DNA of 64,000 nt. Origin: the human T2T-CHM13v2.0 reference genome, Homo sapiens. Position numbers and translations under genes: made by a program. The stretch lies in assembly GCF_009914755.1 (NCBI RefSeq), contig NC_060944.1; one strand, written 5' to 3'. Under the pieces are notes generated by a model that saw nothing but the letters and a program-made list of their open reading frames with translations, was not told the DNA's origin and did not search any database. Of this stretch, positions 58,478 to 64,000 are shown in pieces; positions within the stretch are counted from its first letter, which is position 1; the number at the start of each line of letters is the position of its first letter.

Positions 58478-61400
58478 TGAGCACAGTTCTAACTACACAA
58501 TCCTCAAGGATAGCACCAGGACCCATGGGTAGAAACTACAGAGAAGCAGAAAGTCCTTCTGGTTTTAGCAAATCCAAAAGGCAAATCTATCAAAAGCTGG
58601 GCTGGACCATCTCAAGAGATGGCGAGCTCCCCATGCCTGGAGAGACAGACGCAGTGACTGAATGACCACTTGGCAGGACGATGGGAAAGGCATTCTGACA
58701 TTGGCTGGGGTTGGACCAAATGGCCTTGCATGCTTTAATCATACCCACTTTGGGAGGTGAGGAAAGGCCCCCAGGATGTGTGCCCAGTTATGTATGGGCA
58801 AGCGCATATGCCCTACCCTGACCTGCAAGGCCCCCGAAGGCACCACCCAATAGAACTTTCAGGGATGAGGAAAATGTTCTATATCTGTGCTGTCCCAGCT
58901 ATCGAACACTTGATATGTGGCTGCTGAGACTGAGAAAGGAAACTTTTCCTTTCTTTAACTTCAGTTAACTTAAATGGCCACAGGTTGCTAGTGGCTCCCA
59001 GATTGTACAACATTGCCATCCATCCCCGCCGCCTCCCCACGCTCTCTCCGGCCTTTTCTCGCACTGCTGTCCTCCCCCTCACTCCACTTCAGCCCCACTG
59101 GGCTCCTCACTGTCCCCAGAGCACGCCAAGCACATGCCCACCTCAGAGCCTTCCCTGGCCCCTCCCTCTCCCGGGCAGCTCCCCCTGACGCAGCCCCCTG
59201 GCCAGCTCTTTCAGCTCCGTGTCTCTGCTTCAATTTCAACGAGGCCTTCCTCAGTGAGGCCAGCCCTGACCACATATTTTGAAAGGCAACTTGCCCGACC
59301 ACAGGCTCTGTCTTTATGTACATCTGTTGTGCTGTCTGTCTCCCCAGCGGGAGGGCAAACATCATGAAGGCTGGATCTTCAGGTTTTCTTCCCCAAGAGC
59401 CTAAAACTTTACCTGGCACAGAGCAGGCTCTCAATAAGTCCTTGTTGTATGTATTTCAAGGCTGAAATGAATAACATGGAGGGTGCCCCATGCTGTGGGT
59501 TCTTCCCATTACAGTGTGTTTAAGGCCTGATATTAGTCAGTCAACCAGGCTTCCTGGGTCACACATACCTGCTGGGTGCTAGGCCAGGTGCTGGCACCTG
59601 GGACTGGGGAGCCGGGGGCACATAAAACAGGAAACCCAGACTAGAAGGGAGCTCAGAGCTCCTCTGAGGAAGAAACAGTCAAGCTGAGTGAAGCCAGATG
59701 AAAAGAGCAGGTGTTCGTGAGAGAGTAAAGGAAAAGCATTTTGGACAAATGGAACAGCATGTGCAAAGGACTGCAGGCAGGAAAGAGAACGGCCCTTTGA
59801 AGGAAACATGGCTGAAGGCAAATGATGGGGAGAGTGGTATGAGATGAGGCCGGTGGGGTAAATGGAACCAGACAGGAAGGGACTTGGGGGCCAAAGGAAG
59901 GAATCTGGAATTTCTCCTGAAAGCAACACCCCCGGTGCCTGCCTCCCAGCTCCTGTGTCTACCCCTAGTTTCCCCCGTAGCTGTGGAGGCAAGCTCCATG
60001 TAAGGTCAGACTCACCCAGCACTGTCAGGGTCCCACGCAAGCACAGCTGTCCAATTCCTGCCCAGAGCCTGCTCTGAGGCTGCAGGAGGCCCCTTCACCC
60101 TCTGCCGCTTGGGAAACTCCCAGTGAATGCGGCACTGGAGCCCGCATCCATCCTTCAGACGGACAATGCTGCAGATACTGAGGTCTGAGCTGGATCCAGT
60201 CCCCGTGGTCTGCAGTGATGCCTCAATAACACACACCTGCAATGCCTGTCCTTCTTCCTTCTCGTGCTCCCCGCTCACGCCCTCTCAGCTCCTCCCTCCT
60301 GGCATCACCTACCAGTAAACTATCTGCACCTGAATCCTTGTCTCAGGCTCTGCTTTTGCAGGAACCTTAACTGAGGGCCCCATGAGAGTTTTGTATGGCA
60401 GCATGGCACATGCAGGCTGACATTTTTTAAAGCTCATGCTGGCTATTGTGTGGAGAAGAGTATGTGGCAGGAGGAGGCATGAAAAGCAGTGAGGGACCCT
60501 TGCAGAGGGGCAGTGAGAGGAGCTGGTGGCCGGCACTGGGCTGGTGGTAGTGAAGAGAGAGAGACAAATAGGGGATGGAGACAAAGAGGGGGTGCTTGAC
60601 TCCCCAAAGAACCAGAGGCTCGAGAGGCAAGGAGGGGTGGCATGGAGGCAAGGCTTGGGTCACGCCTGGCTTCGGGAACCAGCCTCGCCAAGTTCCATCC
60701 CTCAAGCCCTGCCTGGCTGTGAAGACCTGTTGCAAAGGGGTTATTTTTAGAGAGTTGGGTGTTTACTTGAAGGATTTAAAGACGGGCTTTATTTTTAACT
60801 CCACTCCCAATGGCAGGGACTCACTGGTATGGACTTAGGAAGTCAAGTGGAAGTTGGACTGGGCTTTGGAAACCCAGAGGAGAGAAGCGGCATTTGGGGA
60901 AGGATGAAGCTTAAAGGAGACAGCTGGCCTCACCACGTTCTACTCATCTCGGGCTCCGGGTAAGAACGATGATGAAACTGCCCACGGTCCCTCCTTACCA
61001 AGCACCCACCAAATGCCACGGCCACATGAAGCCCTCTACAAACATTGCCTCGTATTGTCCTCACCATAACCTTGGGGGGACAGGGCTGTTACTGTCCCCA
61101 TTCTACAGACGAGGAAAGGGAGGCTTAGGGAAGACCAAGGACACTTGGTGGGCAAGTAACAGAGCAGGATCTGAGCCTCGATTCCTCAGCTTCCCCAGCC
61201 TGCACTCTCAGTCGCTCTACCATTCGAAAGCATGGCCAGGCACCGAGGTCTAGGCACGGAGTGTCAGCCTGGGAGCAGCTGAGAGACTTTCCCTCCCCAC
61301 CGTGGTGAAGATGGTGGAGTCTGGCTCAGAGAATCGGAAGCCCAGCTGTGTCAGTTCTCGTGTGAGTTTGGACTGGTTTTCTCATCTGTGAAAAGGGCTA

Positions 61401-61941
61401 ATATAATAAGTAGCACCTCCTTCGTGAGGTTTACATGAAATGAGACATAGAAGGGAACTCAGTGTAGAGGCTGGCAGGCAGTGGTGAGAAGGGGGCACTC
61501 AGAGATGCCCTGTCCATGCCAGGCACTGCTCCCAGCACTGCACATTTATCAACACCAACATGACCCTCTCCTAGGCCCCACGGGGCAGGTTCTCTCATGA
61601 TCCCCACCTTAGAGATGAAGAAATGGTACAGGAAGCTTAGGGAAAAGCCGCTTGCCCAAAGCCACGAGGCCAGTGAGAGTGCAGGACTAGAGCCCAGGCC
61701 CTGACCCTGGCCTGAACTCACTGACCCTGGGGCAGCCACTAGCAATCTCATTTTTACCGTTATATCAACACTCTTGGTCTGGGCCCTTCCAGCACTGATC
61801 CGAATCCCTGGGGCTCAGCTCAGAGCCAGGAGCAGGGCCAGGCACTGGTCTCACTGTGGGGAAACACTTGCATCTGTGGGAGAGGGAGATTTTTCTCCCG
61901 AAGGTGCAGGCTGCTGGCCTGTATGTTCTCTGACTCTGCTA

Positions 61942-62260
<319 letters not shown>

Positions 62261-62477
62261 GTAAAGCTGGCAACACTCTGGAGCTAGGCCCTAAGCACCG
62301 TTTATAGAGGTGGAGGAGATAAAAACATTCCTTTCCACTTTGTGGAGTTCTGTCCTCTTTCATTTGATTTATTAATTGTGACCCAGAAGCCAACTGAGGC
62401 TTCACGAGAGCCTCCCTCACCCTGCCTTCCAGCCACACTCCTCTCTGCTCTGACCCCGACTCCCTGCACAACCCTAG

Positions 62478-62973
<496 letters not shown>

Positions 62974-64000
62974 CACATGGTCACCATTGTTCTAACATCT
63001 CCTTGCTGCCTGGGACCCAGGCAAGCTCCCCTCTCTGCCCAGACCACTCAGACTTCCAGTCACAGCTGCCTCATGTATGTCTCGAGAATCCGGCTCTGAC
63101 AACTCAGGAAATTCCATTCACTCCTGCACCTCAGTTTCTGGGCACAAAGGGACTTTGTCCATCTGGTAATTCACAAAGGAGGGATGTGGTGAAGGGCAGG
63201 AGTCCGGGGTCGGGGGCCTTTCCAATGCTTCAAGCCCATCCTCAGGGAATTCAGTCTCTCTTAGTGGAACTTCCTACCTATCCAGGCATCTCAGGAGGTA
63301 AGCCAGAGACACTGAGAAAAAGGACAGACATAGCCTCTGTGGATATGGGCAGTTGTTTGGAGGAGTGTTGAAGGTGGCCACTGGGTTCACGGAACACCAG
63401 ATTTTCTTCAAAATTTTTTGAGTTTGGCAAAGATGCAAAAGACTGATAGCACATAGCGCCAGCAGCAAGGGTGTGAGGAAGACTGCGCTCATGTACACTG
63501 TTGTGGGGGTTATAAATTGCAACCCTTTTGGATGTTAACTTGGGTTCTGATAATAATTAAAATGCACATTCTTTTTGACCCCAAAATTCTAATTTTAGGA
63601 ATTTAGCCCATAAAGTGTCATCTGCATCTCCTTTGCAATTATTATTCTTTAAATATTTGTTGAACATATACTGGAGGGGTGGGGTGAGACACTAGATGGG
63701 GTTGGCTGGATTTCTGCTGAATTCACTCAGGGGTACTGTGGACCCTGTCAAGAGGAACCAAATTGACCAAATTGACATTTTGACAGTAAATGTCAGGAGT
63801 CAGTCCCTTGCAAAGGCCCACGTGAATTGCCATTATATTCCCAGTGTATTCCAGCGCTGCTTGAATGTCCCTGATGGGATACATTGCCTGGCTGGGCCAT
63901 TCCTTTAATCAGCCCTGTGAGCAAGGATATTGGTCCAAGGCTGTTCACTGCGGCCTCACTGGTGATCAAGAAAACATGAAATGTTTTCAGTCTCCATCAA

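Overview
Primate (almost certainly human) genomic DNA, repeat-rich (Alu, L1, L2, MIR, MaLR/ERV LTRs, hAT DNA transposons). The only gene I can support is the 3' half of junctophilin-2 (JPH2) on the minus strand. It has three coding exons (35178-35060, 32940-32219, 31430-31350, all with GT-AG boundaries and a continuous frame ending in the C-terminal transmembrane anchor) and a non-coding last exon from 30065 to an AATAAA at 28280-28275. A more distal poly(A) site may be donated by a THE1 LTR near 23.1 kb. 35179-64000 is one large upstream intron; 1-23000 is downstream intergenic DNA. I found no new gene or novel multi-gene system. The most unusual signals are structural: a 175-bp inverted duplication hidden in a five-layer nest of transposons (13.1-16.3 kb), a non-collinear patchwork of short direct duplications around a G-rich 38-bp VNTR and a 1-kb A/T tract (48.4-53.6 kb), several fold-back micro-palindromes, and candidate muscle enhancer motif clusters. 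Repeat subfamily names come from recalled consensus sequences and repeat boundaries are approximate.
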